The position numbers and the translations under genes are program-made. A stretch of DNA of 64,000 bases from Acidimicrobiia bacterium (lineage in GTDB: Bacteria > Actinomycetota > Acidimicrobiia > Spongiisociales > ZC4RG35), in NCBI GenBank assembly GCA_965203555.1, contig CBDBCY010000004.1:352001-416000 (forward strand), in the 5' to 3' direction. The notes beneath the pieces were generated by a model. The model was not told the DNA's origin, did no database searches, and saw only the letters and a list, made by a program, of their open reading frames with translations. This document shows positions 12,422 to 22,381 of this stretch, in pieces; position 1 is the stretch's first letter; each line of letters begins with the position of its first letter.

Positions 12422-13930
12422 ATGACTGCGCCCGCCATAGAACTGATTCAGATCACCAAGCGGTATCCGGGAGTGATAGCCAACGACCGGATAAACCTGG
12501 CCGTGCGGGAGGGGGAGATCCATGCGGTGGTGGGAGAGAACGGGGCCGGCAAGTCGACCATGATGAAAATCCTGTACGGGATGGTGATTCCCGACGAGGG
12601 TGAGATTCGCATCGGAGGACGGCAAATCGCCATGTCCTCGGCCCGTGATGCGATCGCAGCGGGGGTCGGGATGGTCCATCAGCACTTCATGCTCGCCGAG
12701 CAGATGACCGTTCTGGAGAACATCATCCTGGGTGCCGAGCCTCGAAACGGTCTCAGAGTCGACTTCGAGGAGGCCAAGCGGCGCATCGCGGAGATAGCCA
12801 GAGAGGGTGCCCTTGAACCCGACAGCTTGGTAGAGGAACTCTCGGTGGGGGAGAAGCAACGGGTGGAAATCACCAAGGTGCTCTTCCGGGGCGCCAAGAT
12901 ACTCATTCTCGACGAGCCCACCGCGGTACTGGTGCCCCAAGAAGTGGAAGAGTTGTTCCAATCGCTGAGGGAACTCCGGGAGAGGGGAGTGACCATCATA
13001 TTCATCTCCCACAAACTCGACGAAGTGCTGGACATCGCCGACCGGATCACCGTCATCCGGGCGGGGCGCACCGTGGCCAGCGTTGACCCCCGTCAGACTT
13101 CCACGCGGATGCTGGCCGAACTGATGGTAGGCGCCGAACTTCCCACCCCCGATATCCGGGAGTCGACGGTGATGTCCGAAGTGCTCCTGGAGGCCGAGGG
13201 TCTTGGTTCGCTGTCAGAGGAAGGGGACCGATGGGTGATCGAAGATGTCAGTTTCAAGATACGACGCGGTGAGGTGCTGGGGATCGCGGGAGTGGAGGGG
13301 AACGGCCAGGGGGAATTAGTGGAAGTGCTGGTAGGTACCCGGCCCGCCGACGCCGGACGGGTGTCGCTAAACGGCGAGGAAATCACCGCCCTGTCCACTC
13401 TGCGACGCAGAGCGTCCGGCATCGGTCTGATCCCCGCCGACCGACACGGGCAGGGCCTGTTGCTGGAGGCGCCCCTGTGGGAAAACACCATGCTGGGACA
13501 CCAGGGTCGTCCGCCATTCTCGCGAGGATTCCTGGTGGACCGGAACGGCGCCCGGGGAAGAACCGGGGAAGTGGTGGAAGCCTTCGACGTGCGCACTCCG
13601 GGTGTGGATGTCAAGATCCATGCCCTCTCCGGGGGCAACCAGCAAAAGCTCTTGGTGGGAAAGGAGATGCTCGCCACGCCCCAGGTCCTGTTGGCGTCCC
13701 ATCTCACCCGAGGGATCGACGTGGGCGCCCAGGCGCAGGTCTGGGAGAGCATCCGGACCGCTCGCTCCGAGGGCTTGGGGGTGCTCCTGATCTCCGCCGA
13801 CCTCGATGAATTGATCGGCCTGTCCGACACTCTGATGGTGATCCTGCGGGGACGACTGGTCGCCACCCTGGATCCCCGTTCCATCACCCCCGCCCAATTG
13901 GGTTCCTACATGACGGGCGCCGCGCAGTGA
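12422..13930 (+). CDS. Nucleoside/sugar ABC transporter ATPase (two NBDs)
   Basis: GENGAGKST, LDEPT, ISHKLDE, LSGGNQQK, TRGIDVGA. Confidence 0.94.
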   Translation: MTAPAIELIQITKRYPGVIANDRINLAVREGEIHAVVGENGAGKSTMMKILYGMVIPDEGEIRIGGRQIAMSSARDAIAAGVGMVHQHFMLAEQMTVLENIILGAEPRNGLRVDFEEAKRRIAEIAREGALEPDSLVEELSVGEKQRVEITKVLFRGAKILILDEPTAVLVPQEVEELFQSLRELRERGVTIIFISHKLDEVLDIADRITVIRAGRTVASVDPRQTSTRMLAELMVGAELPTPDIRESTVMSEVLLEAEGLGSLSEEGDRWVIEDVSFKIRRGEVLGIAGVEGNGQGELVEVLVGTRPADAGRVSLNGEEITALSTLRRRASGIGLIPADRHGQGLLLEAPLWENTMLGHQGRPPFSRGFLVDRNGARGRTGEVVEAFDVRTPGVDVKIHALSGGNQQKLLVGKEMLATPQVLLASHLTRGIDVGAQAQVWESIRTARSEGLGVLLISADLDELIGLSDTLMVILRGRLVATLDPRSITPAQLGSYMTGAAQ

Positions 13931-15033
13931 AAGCCAACCGCCGACTGGTTTACGCCGTGGTCTCTCCGATTCTGGCGATTCTGTTCGCCTTGGCGGTCTC
14001 GGGAGTGATCCTGGCGGCTTCCGGCAACAACCCTTTCGAAGCCTACGGCCAGATGTTCGAATACGGCATCCGGATCGACTCGCTCGCTTCGGCGGTGAAC
14101 CGGGCGGTCCCCCTGTATTTCTCGGCGATGGCAGTGGCGTTGGGCTTCAAGATGGGTCTGTTCAACATCGGCGTGGAAGGCCAGTACCGGATCGCGGTGC
14201 TGATCGCGGCGGCGGTGGGAGGGGCGATTGTCCTCCCCGCTCCGCTTCATGTCCTGGTGATCATGGCTACGGCCATGGCAGTGGGAGCTATCTGGTCGGG
14301 ATTCGCCGGCTACCTGAAAGTGAAGAGGGGGGTGCATGAGGTGATCTCCACCATCATGTTGAATTACATCGCTACCGGACTGGGGGCGTTCCTGCTGGCC
14401 AACTGGCTCCGGCAGGAGAACCCTCCCGGCGACCTGGTCATCAAGACCCCCGAGATCCCCCCCTCGGGTCGCCTTCCGTCGCTGAATCCCCTGCTTGAGT
14501 TGGTGGGTCTCGACCCCGGACGGGTAAGTCTGTATGGAATGACGGTGCTGGCGGTGGTAGCCGGGGTGGGATTCCATCTGCTGGTGAATCACACCCGCTT
14601 CGGGTTCGAATTGCGGGCCTCGGGAGAGAGCCCTGGAGCGGCCAAGATGGCCGGAATCCATCCCAGGAAGATGGTGGTGCTCACCATGGTGATCAGCGGC
14701 GGCATCGCCGGTCTGGTGGGAATGGCCCATCTGCTGGGGTTCTTTCACCGTTACAGTATCGACTTCCCGACCATGCTGGGATTCACAGGAATAGCAGTGG
14801 CGCTGTTGGGCCGCAATCATCCGGTGGGGATGGCTGGCGGGGCTCTTCTGTTCGGATGGTTCGACCGGGCCACACAGATCCTTGATCTTCGCGGCATCCC
14901 CAAAGAAATAGTTTTCATCCTGCAGGGCGTGATCCTCCTATCGGTGGTGGTTGCCTATGCGGTGGTGGAAGTGCGGACCCGGGCCGCCGAGAGTCGGGCG
15001 GTCACCGGGGCCTTGGAAGGAGAGGAATCGTGA
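13927..15033 (+). CDS. Nucleoside ABC transporter permease
   Basis: GLFNIGVEGQ, HEVISTIMLN, GFTGIAVALLGRNHP; GTGA overlap. Confidence 0.93.
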   Translation: MKANRRLVYAVVSPILAILFALAVSGVILAASGNNPFEAYGQMFEYGIRIDSLASAVNRAVPLYFSAMAVALGFKMGLFNIGVEGQYRIAVLIAAAVGGAIVLPAPLHVLVIMATAMAVGAIWSGFAGYLKVKRGVHEVISTIMLNYIATGLGAFLLANWLRQENPPGDLVIKTPEIPPSGRLPSLNPLLELVGLDPGRVSLYGMTVLAVVAGVGFHLLVNHTRFGFELRASGESPGAAKMAGIHPRKMVVLTMVISGGIAGLVGMAHLLGFFHRYSIDFPTMLGFTGIAVALLGRNHPVGMAGGALLFGWFDRATQILDLRGIPKEIVFILQGVILLSVVVAYAVVEVRTRAAESRAVTGALEGEES

Positions 15034-16295
15034 CCTCTCTCCTGTCTCCCCGGGAACGGATGTTGCAGTCCAACCGCTGGCTGTGGCTCGGCCTGGCCGT
15101 GGTAATCGCCCTCTCCCTCACCCGGATCCTGGCCGGTACGCCCGATCTCACATCCAGCGGCACCTTCGGAGCGGCGCTTCGGCTAGGAACCCCGATCTTC
15201 CTGGCAGGCTTGGGTGGGGTATACGCCGAACGGGTGGGAATAGTCAACATCGGACTGGAGGGCATGCTGATCCTCGGCACCTGGTTCGGGGCGTGGGCCG
15301 GATGGCATTGGGGGCCCTGGACCGGTTTGGCGGTGGGAGTGCTGGCCGGGATGTTGGGTGGGTTGCTTCATGCGCTGGCGACGGTCACTTTCAATGTGGA
15401 TCACATCGTTTCGGGAGTGGCTATCAACATCCTTGCCTTTGGGGGGATGAGGTTCCTGTCGGTCGTGACCTATGGACCCGATACGGGGGGTGGAGCCACC
15501 CAGTCACCTCCCATCTCCGATGTGATCGGGAAGGCCTCCCTGCCGGTTCTCTCCGGCGGAGAGATCCTGGGTTGGGAGAGTCCCGACTGGCTGGGAACCC
15601 TGGAATCCCAACATTGGTTCTTCCTATCGGACCTGGCCGGACTGCTGCGCGGTCTGAGCATAGACGTCTCCTGGGCCGTTATCCTGGCGATGGCCCTGGT
15701 GCCGACATCCTGGTGGTTCCTGTGGAAGACTCCGCTGGGGCTGAGGATGCGATCGGTGGGAGAGCATCCGGTCGCAGCCGAGTCGCTGGGCGTGGACGTT
15801 TACCGGATGAAGTATCTGGGTGTGATCCTCTCCGGCGGCATGGCCGGACTGGGCGGGGCGATGCTGGTCACCGAATTCGCCCGTATCTACCGGGAGGGTC
15901 AGACCGGCGGGAGAGGGTTCATCGGCCTGGCTTCGATGATCATGGGCAACTGGCGTCCCGGAGGCGCCGCCGCCGCCGGCGGGTTGTTCGGGTTCACCTT
16001 CGCCTTGGAACTGCGTGACGAACCGGCGGTCCACGCTCTCCTGCTGCTGATTGCCCTGACCGGATTCGGCCTGGGGATCTGGCTGGGCTACCGCCGGAGT
16101 TGGATTCCGGCCGTGTGGCTGGTGGGGACCGCGGTGACGGCGCTGGTCGTCTTCCTATCCACCGACTCCATCCCCCGCGAATTCGTGTTCATCACCCCCT
16201 ATCTCACCACCCTGGTGGTCATGGCGCTGGCGTCCCAGCATCTGCGGATGCCGGCCGCCGACGGACGACCGTACCGCCGGGGACAGCAGTTGTGA
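15030..16295 (+). CDS. Nucleoside ABC transporter permease
   Basis: ERVGIVNIGLEG, GLRMRSVGEHP, GRGFIGLA; GTGA overlap. Confidence 0.93.
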   Translation: MTSLLSPRERMLQSNRWLWLGLAVVIALSLTRILAGTPDLTSSGTFGAALRLGTPIFLAGLGGVYAERVGIVNIGLEGMLILGTWFGAWAGWHWGPWTGLAVGVLAGMLGGLLHALATVTFNVDHIVSGVAINILAFGGMRFLSVVTYGPDTGGGATQSPPISDVIGKASLPVLSGGEILGWESPDWLGTLESQHWFFLSDLAGLLRGLSIDVSWAVILAMALVPTSWWFLWKTPLGLRMRSVGEHPVAAESLGVDVYRMKYLGVILSGGMAGLGGAMLVTEFARIYREGQTGGRGFIGLASMIMGNWRPGGAAAAGGLFGFTFALELRDEPAVHALLLLIALTGFGLGIWLGYRRSWIPAVWLVGTAVTALVVFLSTDSIPREFVFITPYLTTLVVMALASQHLRMPAADGRPYRRGQQL

Positions 16296-17524
16296 GCGTT
16301 CGTTTCGATCCGTACAGTCCCGAATTCATCTCCAATCCCTATCCCGTCTACGCCGCCCTACGCCGGGAGCAACCTATTTTCCACGATCAGCGGTGGAATC
16401 TCACCTTCTTCGCCCGGCACGCCGACGTGGCGCCGATGCTCAGGGATCGGCGCTTCGGGAGGGACATCCGCCATGTCCCTGAAGCAGCCGCTCAGGTGGA
16501 TCCACTGGTGTACGAGCGGATTTACCCGCCCCAGTACCCTATGTGGACCCGGCTGATCCGAGACTCCTTCATCGACCTGGAACCTCCCCGCCACACCCGG
16601 ATCCGCCGCCTGGTGCAGTGGGCCTTCACCCGCCGCGCTTCGCGAAGCTACCGGCGGAGGATGGAAGCCGAAGCGCACCGACGGCTGGATATGGCGCAAC
16701 AGACCGGGCAGATGGATGCCATCGCCGAATACGCCACGCCCATTCCGCTGGTGATGATCGCCGAACTCATGGGGGTACCGTCGGCCGATCAGCCCCGGTT
16801 GGTGGAATGGTCACATCGCATAGTGCGGATGTTCGACGAGGGTTGTACGTCGGAGGAGGGGCAGTCGGCCGAACAGGCCGTCCTCGCCTTCAGTGACTAT
16901 ATGGGGGAGTTGATCGCCTTCCACCGCAGCCGCCCCGCGGACAACCTCCTTTCGCATCTGATCCGGGCCACCCACGAAGGAGATGTTCTCACCGAGGAGG
17001 AACTGATCTCCACCGCCATCCTGGTGCTCAACGCCGGGCACGAGGCCACCGTGCAGGCGATCGGCAACGGCCTGATGGCGCTGTCCGTCCATCCCGACCA
17101 GTGGCGACGCTGGCAGACTGATCGCAGTATCACCCCGACCGCCGTGGAAGAGTTGCTCCGCTGGGACACGCCGCTGCAGATGTTCGAGAGGTGGGTAACC
17201 GAGGATCTGGACTGGAAGGGAGTCAAGCTTGGGGCCGGATCCAAGGTGGGATTGCTGTTCGGGTCAGCCAACCGTGATCCGGAGTCGTTCCACCGACCCG
17301 ACCGTCTCGATCTGGGACGGATGCCCAACCCCCATGTGTCATTCGGGGGAGGGGTGCACTTTTGCGTGGGAGCGTCATTGGCGCGGGAGGAGCTGAAGGT
17401 GGCGTTCGAAGTCCTGCTGGACCGGCTTCGAAGCTTCAGACTTCACGACACGCCTCGAAAACGCATTCCCAGCCTGGTTTTTCGGGGCGTGCAGCAACTG
17501 CCCATGGACCTGGAGTTCGTCTAG
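16292..17524 (+). CDS. Cytochrome P450
   Basis: AGHEAT I-helix, EELLRW (ExxR), heme motif FGGGVHFCVG; start GTG 16292 overlaps the permease stop. Confidence 0.95.
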   Translation: MSVRFDPYSPEFISNPYPVYAALRREQPIFHDQRWNLTFFARHADVAPMLRDRRFGRDIRHVPEAAAQVDPLVYERIYPPQYPMWTRLIRDSFIDLEPPRHTRIRRLVQWAFTRRASRSYRRRMEAEAHRRLDMAQQTGQMDAIAEYATPIPLVMIAELMGVPSADQPRLVEWSHRIVRMFDEGCTSEEGQSAEQAVLAFSDYMGELIAFHRSRPADNLLSHLIRATHEGDVLTEEELISTAILVLNAGHEATVQAIGNGLMALSVHPDQWRRWQTDRSITPTAVEELLRWDTPLQMFERWVTEDLDWKGVKLGAGSKVGLLFGSANRDPESFHRPDRLDLGRMPNPHVSFGGGVHFCVGASLAREELKVAFEVLLDRLRSFRLHDTPRKRIPSLVFRGVQQLPMDLEFV

Positions 17525-18447
17525 GAAGCGGCCGCGGTGGTGGTTGTCTCCACGCTGATTGGAGCGGCCGGGTAGCCGATCACATTGACACCCTGCACCG
17601 CCAACTCCTTGTAGACGGTGCCGTTTCGGACCTCGGCGTCATACACGGTGGTGATGGTCAGGGTCAACTGGTTTGTCCTCAGGATGGCCAGGTCCACGAT
17701 CTGGGAACCGGGACGATCCACCAGGTTGAGGGGGACCGCCACGCCGCTGTCGCTTCCCGCTTCCATGGTCCGCACTCGGAAGTTCTGGTAGAAGCGGGTG
17801 TCATCGGCGAGGTTCACCCATTCCAATCTTCTCACCGTGATGGGCTGCTCAAAGACCAGTTTGATGGTGACTTGAGTGCCGGGGGTGATATCCGTCCAGC
17901 GGATCTGCCACTCCCCGCTCTTGCCGTTGATCAGATTGTCGCAGGAGTAGTTGGCGCCCAGACCCTCGGGGGAACACTGCACACTCAGCACACCCTGGGT
18001 GGTGGGAATCGGAGGGGGAGTAGTGGTGGTGGTGCTGGACGCGGTGGTCTCGGTAGCCTCGGCATCTGCTGGTTCTCCTTCCGAACCTCCCGTGAAGAGA
18101 TTGAAGAGCAGCGCGAAAACTGCCACGGCCAGAATGGTGGTTCCGGTGGCGATCACCGCGCGGACCCGGGCATTGGTCCGGATAGCCGGCCGGGGCGCGA
18201 GGGGCATGTCCGAATGGCTCAGCCTGATGTGGCATTGCTCGCAGCTTTGCCGGTTGGGAGGATTGAGGTGGCCGCACAGCGAGCAGGCCACCAGATTGTG
18301 GGTGGGTGGATAGTCGGTCGGGGAATCGGCAGGAGAGAGTTCCTCCCCGGACACCGACGGAGCAACCCTCTCCAATAGAGCACCACACGAGGAGCAAAAA
18401 TCAGCGTCGCCTACGTCGGCGCCGCATCGACCGCAAATCTGTCGCAT
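17521..18447 (-). CDS. Membrane protein with N-terminal zinc ribbons, Thr-rich linker and discoidin-like extracellular domain
   Basis: CxxC pairs (CGRC..CSSC, CSLC..CEQC), one TM helix, TTTTTPPP linker, beta-rich C-terminus. Confidence 0.65.
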   Translation of the reverse strand: MRQICGRCGADVGDADFCSSCGALLERVAPSVSGEELSPADSPTDYPPTHNLVACSLCGHLNPPNRQSCEQCHIRLSHSDMPLAPRPAIRTNARVRAVIATGTTILAVAVFALLFNLFTGGSEGEPADAEATETTASSTTTTTPPPIPTTQGVLSVQCSPEGLGANYSCDNLINGKSGEWQIRWTDITPGTQVTIKLVFEQPITVRRLEWVNLADDTRFYQNFRVRTMEAGSDSGVAVPLNLVDRPGSQIVDLAILRTNQLTLTITTVYDAEVRNGTVYKELAVQGVNVIGYPAAPISVETTTTAAAS

Positions 18448-18596
18448 ATCTGGTTTATTCTGGCAGAACCCGTGGGTGAGTCGGTTTATTTCCCAGCCTG
18501 TGGAAATAGTAGTGCGCTGCGGCCCCAACCTGGCGGAACCCGTTGCACAAGCGATACTTTTATCCACGCCGACGCCGTTTTGCTAGCCTGAAAACC

Positions 18597-19661
18597 GTGT
18601 TGGAAGACCATTCTTCCCAAGAGGTAGTGGAAAGATTGTTTTCGCATCGTCCCATCCGGGACGGGCTGGAGAGAATCCTGCAGGCGAGGGAGGGCGCCCT
18701 GATCGTTCTGGGAACCAACCTGGCCTTGGGAGACATCAGCGTGGACGGTTTGGACCTGACCGCCGCCGGCCTGGACGCGGCCCGCTTGGCGGAGGTGGCG
18801 AAAATGGACGGGGCGATCATCCTGGACAACGAATGGCGGATGATCCTCACCGCCAACGCCCACCTGGCCCCTCCTCCCAACATTCCAACCACCGAATCGG
18901 GCGCCCGCCACCGCACCGCCCAGCGGGTGGCTCAGATCACCGGCCTTCCGGTCGTCACGGTGAGCAAGGACCGGGCGGTGGTCACCCTTTATATCAACGC
19001 CGAACAGGTCGATCTCACCCCGCGCTGGACAATCCGCAAGAGAATCCTGAGGCAACTGCAGATACTGGTGGAGTTGCGCAAACGCTTCGACGAAGCGGAC
19101 GAGCGTCTGCTGCGAATGGAGTTGTTGGGCCTGGTCACCGCCCGGGAGGTGGCCCATGTGGTCCGGATGGGGGAGATGGTGGCCAGAGCCGCCTCCGCTA
19201 TCGAGACCATGCTGGCCGACTCCGTCCAGGATCCTTCCGCCACGGAGGCGTTACTGGCCGACCGGGTATTCGAGGTGGAGCGGTTGGTCCGGATAACGCT
19301 GAGCGACTATCTCGCCGATGATGCGGAAGCCGCTCGGGCAAAGCTGGCCGGGTTGCCCAACCATCAACTGGCTCACACCTGGCTGGTCGTCGCTGAACTG
19401 GGGTTGGACAAGTCGGAGGATGGTTTGATCCCCCGGGGGAACCGCTTGCTTTACCAGTCCGGATTCAATTCCGAGTATCTGAGGACCCTTCTGTTCGGCG
19501 CCTATCCCGACGCTCAGAAGATGCTGCACAGTTCCGTGGAAGGATTTATGGAAGTCAAGGGAATTGGCATCAAGAACGCCACCCGGCTGAGATTCGGCTT
19601 TGACCGCTTACTGGCCTCGGTGCACCCCATCGGACAGCGTGCGATAACCGATCACAACTGA
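18597..19661 (+). CDS. disA: DNA integrity scanning diadenylate cyclase DisA-like protein
   Basis: GALIVLG, catalytic KMDGA and ESGARHRTA motifs, C-terminal HhH (VKGIGIKNA); start uncertain (GTG 18597 chosen). Confidence 0.88.
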   Translation: MLEDHSSQEVVERLFSHRPIRDGLERILQAREGALIVLGTNLALGDISVDGLDLTAAGLDAARLAEVAKMDGAIILDNEWRMILTANAHLAPPPNIPTTESGARHRTAQRVAQITGLPVVTVSKDRAVVTLYINAEQVDLTPRWTIRKRILRQLQILVELRKRFDEADERLLRMELLGLVTAREVAHVVRMGEMVARAASAIETMLADSVQDPSATEALLADRVFEVERLVRITLSDYLADDAEAARAKLAGLPNHQLAHTWLVVAELGLDKSEDGLIPRGNRLLYQSGFNSEYLRTLLFGAYPDAQKMLHSSVEGFMEVKGIGIKNATRLRFGFDRLLASVHPIGQRAITDHN

Positions 19662-19687
19662 CTGTGCCAACCGTATACTCGGCCGCT

Positions 19688-20338
19688 ATGGCGCAGAGGA
19701 AACCCAGAAGGAGACAACCGGCCAGAGGCAGAGTGCCGCCCGGCAAGCCTTCCGGTCGCAAACGCAAACCCAAGTCGCCTCCGCGCCACGCCCGGGGCGC
19801 GGCCGGTTCGGCGGCGGTTTCCCCCAGTCGGGCGCCCAAATACAAGAAAGGCGACTACGTGGTCCACATCCAGCATGGGGTGGCCCACATCTCCGACATC
19901 CAGACCAAGACCGACTTCGGCGAAGAACAGGAATACTTCGTTTTGAACTTTCCTACCGAAGAGATGGTGATCAGCGTCCCGACCAACAAGACTCTTTTCA
20001 CCATTCGCCCCCTGATCAACAAGACCGAGGCGGCCCGGGTTGTCCGAAAACTCAAAGAAGAACCCCAGGAGTCGGGCGCTAACTGGAGTCGCTGGTACAA
20101 AGTGCTACAGGAAAAGATGTACTCGGGAGACATCTTCCAAGTGGCGGAAGTCGTGAGAGACCTCAACTATTCGAACCAGACCAAAGGTATCTCGCCGGCG
20201 CTGAAAAAGATGCTCAACCGGGCCCGGAGCGCTTTGATAACCGAAGTCCGTTTTTCGCTGGGTCTGGACGCCGAAGCTGCTGAAACGAAGATCAACCGGG
20301 CACTGCCCACTTTTGAGCCTATATCCCGCAAGAAATGA
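19688..20338 (+). CDS. carD: CarD family RNA polymerase-binding regulator with basic N-terminal extension
   Basis: YKKGDYVVHIQHG, NWSRWYK, SGDIFQVAEVVRDL; upstream of ispF as in actinobacteria. Confidence 0.9.
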   Translation: MAQRKPRRRQPARGRVPPGKPSGRKRKPKSPPRHARGAAGSAAVSPSRAPKYKKGDYVVHIQHGVAHISDIQTKTDFGEEQEYFVLNFPTEEMVISVPTNKTLFTIRPLINKTEAARVVRKLKEEPQESGANWSRWYKVLQEKMYSGDIFQVAEVVRDLNYSNQTKGISPALKKMLNRARSALITEVRFSLGLDAEAAETKINRALPTFEPISRKK

Positions 20339-20826
20339 CCGTCGCTCACCCGGAGTGGCGGGTGGGATGGGGAATAGATGCCCATCGGTTTGGGGCGGAT
20401 CCCCCGGTGCTGCTGGCCGGGGTTGAGGTTGATCTACACCGGGGGGTGGTGGCCACCTCCGACGGAGACGTCGTGGCACATGCTGTAACCGACGCGGTGC
20501 TGGGCGCCGCCGCGCTGGGAGATATCGGGACCCACTTTCCGTCGTCGGATCCCCGGTGGGAGAATGCTGACAGCATGCAGATGCTGGCTCGGGTGAAGCA
20601 GATGGCGGAGGCGGCCGGGTGGAAGCCTTCTTTCTGCGACATCACGGTGATCGCCCAATCCGTTAGGGTCGCGCCCCATCGCGGGGCGGTCCGGGAGGCC
20701 CTGGCCAGTGTGCTGGATATACGCTTGGATCAGGTATCGGTCAAGGCCACCACCACCGACAGCCTGGGTTGGCTGGGCCGCGATGAAGGTATCGCGGCGA
20801 CTGCTTCGGTCAGCTTGATCAGATGA
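20335..20826 (+). CDS. ispF: 2-C-methyl-D-erythritol 2,4-cyclodiphosphate synthase
   Basis: RVGWGIDAHRF, SDGDVVAHAVTDA, GDIGTHFP, VSVKATTT. Confidence 0.95.
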   Translation: MTVAHPEWRVGWGIDAHRFGADPPVLLAGVEVDLHRGVVATSDGDVVAHAVTDAVLGAAALGDIGTHFPSSDPRWENADSMQMLARVKQMAEAAGWKPSFCDITVIAQSVRVAPHRGAVREALASVLDIRLDQVSVKATTTDSLGWLGRDEGIAATASVSLIR

Positions 20827-20956
20827 ACGCCGTCTCCGCGGTCATCCCCACTACCCGTGACGATACGCCACTTCAGTCTGGCCTCCACGCAAAACCAGAC
20901 GTCGCCGGGGCCAGCGGTTCCCGACCATCCCTCCGTGACCTAACATCGACGGTGCC

Positions 20957-22381
20957 TTGAGGATTTTCGACACTCTGAAACGGGCGCCTGTCGCACTTGA
21001 ACCGGTCGCCCCACCCCGGATCGGGATGTACGTCTGCGGGCCTACCGTTCAATCGGCCCCGCATGTCGGCCATGGCCGCTCGGCGGTGGTCTTCGATCTG
21101 GTCCGGCGTTACCTGGTCTGGAAGGGGTTTTCGGTCCGTTTCGTACGCAACATAACCGATGTGGACGACAAGATCATTGCCATCGCCAACCGGGAGGGGG
21201 TCCCTCCCGAGAAGCACGCCGTGCGGATCACCGGGGAGTTCACCCGCGGCTACCGGGATCTGGGAGTGGCGGATCCCGACGTGGAGCCGAAGGCAACCGA
21301 GCACATCGCAGACATGATCGACCTCATAGAACGGCTGATAGAAAAAGGTTTGGCCTACCCACGGGACGGGGATGTGTATTTCGTGGTGCGGTCCATGCCC
21401 GGTTACGGGAAACTGTCGGGTCACAATCTCGACGATCTCGTGGCCGGCGCCCGGGTGGAGGTGTCGGAAAGCAAAGACGACCCCTTGGACTTTGCCCTGT
21501 GGAAGCAGGCCAAGCCCGGAGAACCACACTGGACTTCACCGTGGGGCGAGGGCCGACCAGGTTGGCATATCGAATGCTCAGCCATGGCGGCCCGGTATCT
21601 GGGTGAGACCTTCGATATCCACGGGGGAGGCAGCGACCTGATCTTTCCCCACCACGAGAACGAGATTGCCCAGTCGGAGAGCGCCAACGGCCGGCCGTTC
21701 GCCCGGATTTGGATGCACAACGGGATGCTCAACCTGGGCGGGGAGAAAATGTCCAAGTCGACCGGTCACCTGGTGGATCTCAACGAAGCCAACCGGAGGT
21801 TCGGAGGCCTGGCGGTCCGACTTTTCTATCTTCAGGCCCATTACCGGTCTCCCCAGGAGTTCTCTTCAGAACTGCTGGAGGACGCCCGGGCGGCGCTGGA
21901 GCGCCTGCACCGGCTCCTTCAGAAGACCTCCGACGGGCATGCGTCGTCCGATCCGGGGACAATAGCGGCCTTCAAGGAGGCCATGGATGACGACTTCGCC
22001 ACCCCCCGCGCCCTGGGGGTGCTATTCACCGCCGTGCGGCAGGCGAACCGGGAGTTGGAGCTTTCGGGGACCGGTGGCTCGAAGGCGGCGGCGGTGTGGG
22101 AGATGGCGCGGGTGTTGGGCCTGGACGACATCTCCTCCACAGGATCCGACCCGGTCGAGACAGGTAACCAACTGCGGGCCTCGGTCGCCGTCCTCGCCGC
22201 CAAAGAGGAAACCGACCGCTCTCCACACCTGGCGGTCATGATGGAGTCGCTTCTGACAAAACGTACCAACGCCCGTTCGACAGGTGATTACGCAACGGCC
22301 GATCGGATCCGGGACAGTCTCGCCGGCCTGGGGATCGTGCTGGAGGACTCCCGGGATGGCACCAGCTGGATACGGCCGTAG
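20957..22381 (+). CDS. cysS: Cysteine--tRNA ligase
   Basis: MYVCGPTV, HVGH, GRPGWHIECSAM, FPHHENE, KMSKS. Confidence 0.97.
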   Translation: MRIFDTLKRAPVALEPVAPPRIGMYVCGPTVQSAPHVGHGRSAVVFDLVRRYLVWKGFSVRFVRNITDVDDKIIAIANREGVPPEKHAVRITGEFTRGYRDLGVADPDVEPKATEHIADMIDLIERLIEKGLAYPRDGDVYFVVRSMPGYGKLSGHNLDDLVAGARVEVSESKDDPLDFALWKQAKPGEPHWTSPWGEGRPGWHIECSAMAARYLGETFDIHGGGSDLIFPHHENEIAQSESANGRPFARIWMHNGMLNLGGEKMSKSTGHLVDLNEANRRFGGLAVRLFYLQAHYRSPQEFSSELLEDARAALERLHRLLQKTSDGHASSDPGTIAAFKEAMDDDFATPRALGVLFTAVRQANRELELSGTGGSKAAAVWEMARVLGLDDISSTGSDPVETGNQLRASVAVLAAKEETDRSPHLAVMMESLLTKRTNARSTGDYATADRIRDSLAGLGIVLEDSRDGTSWIRP

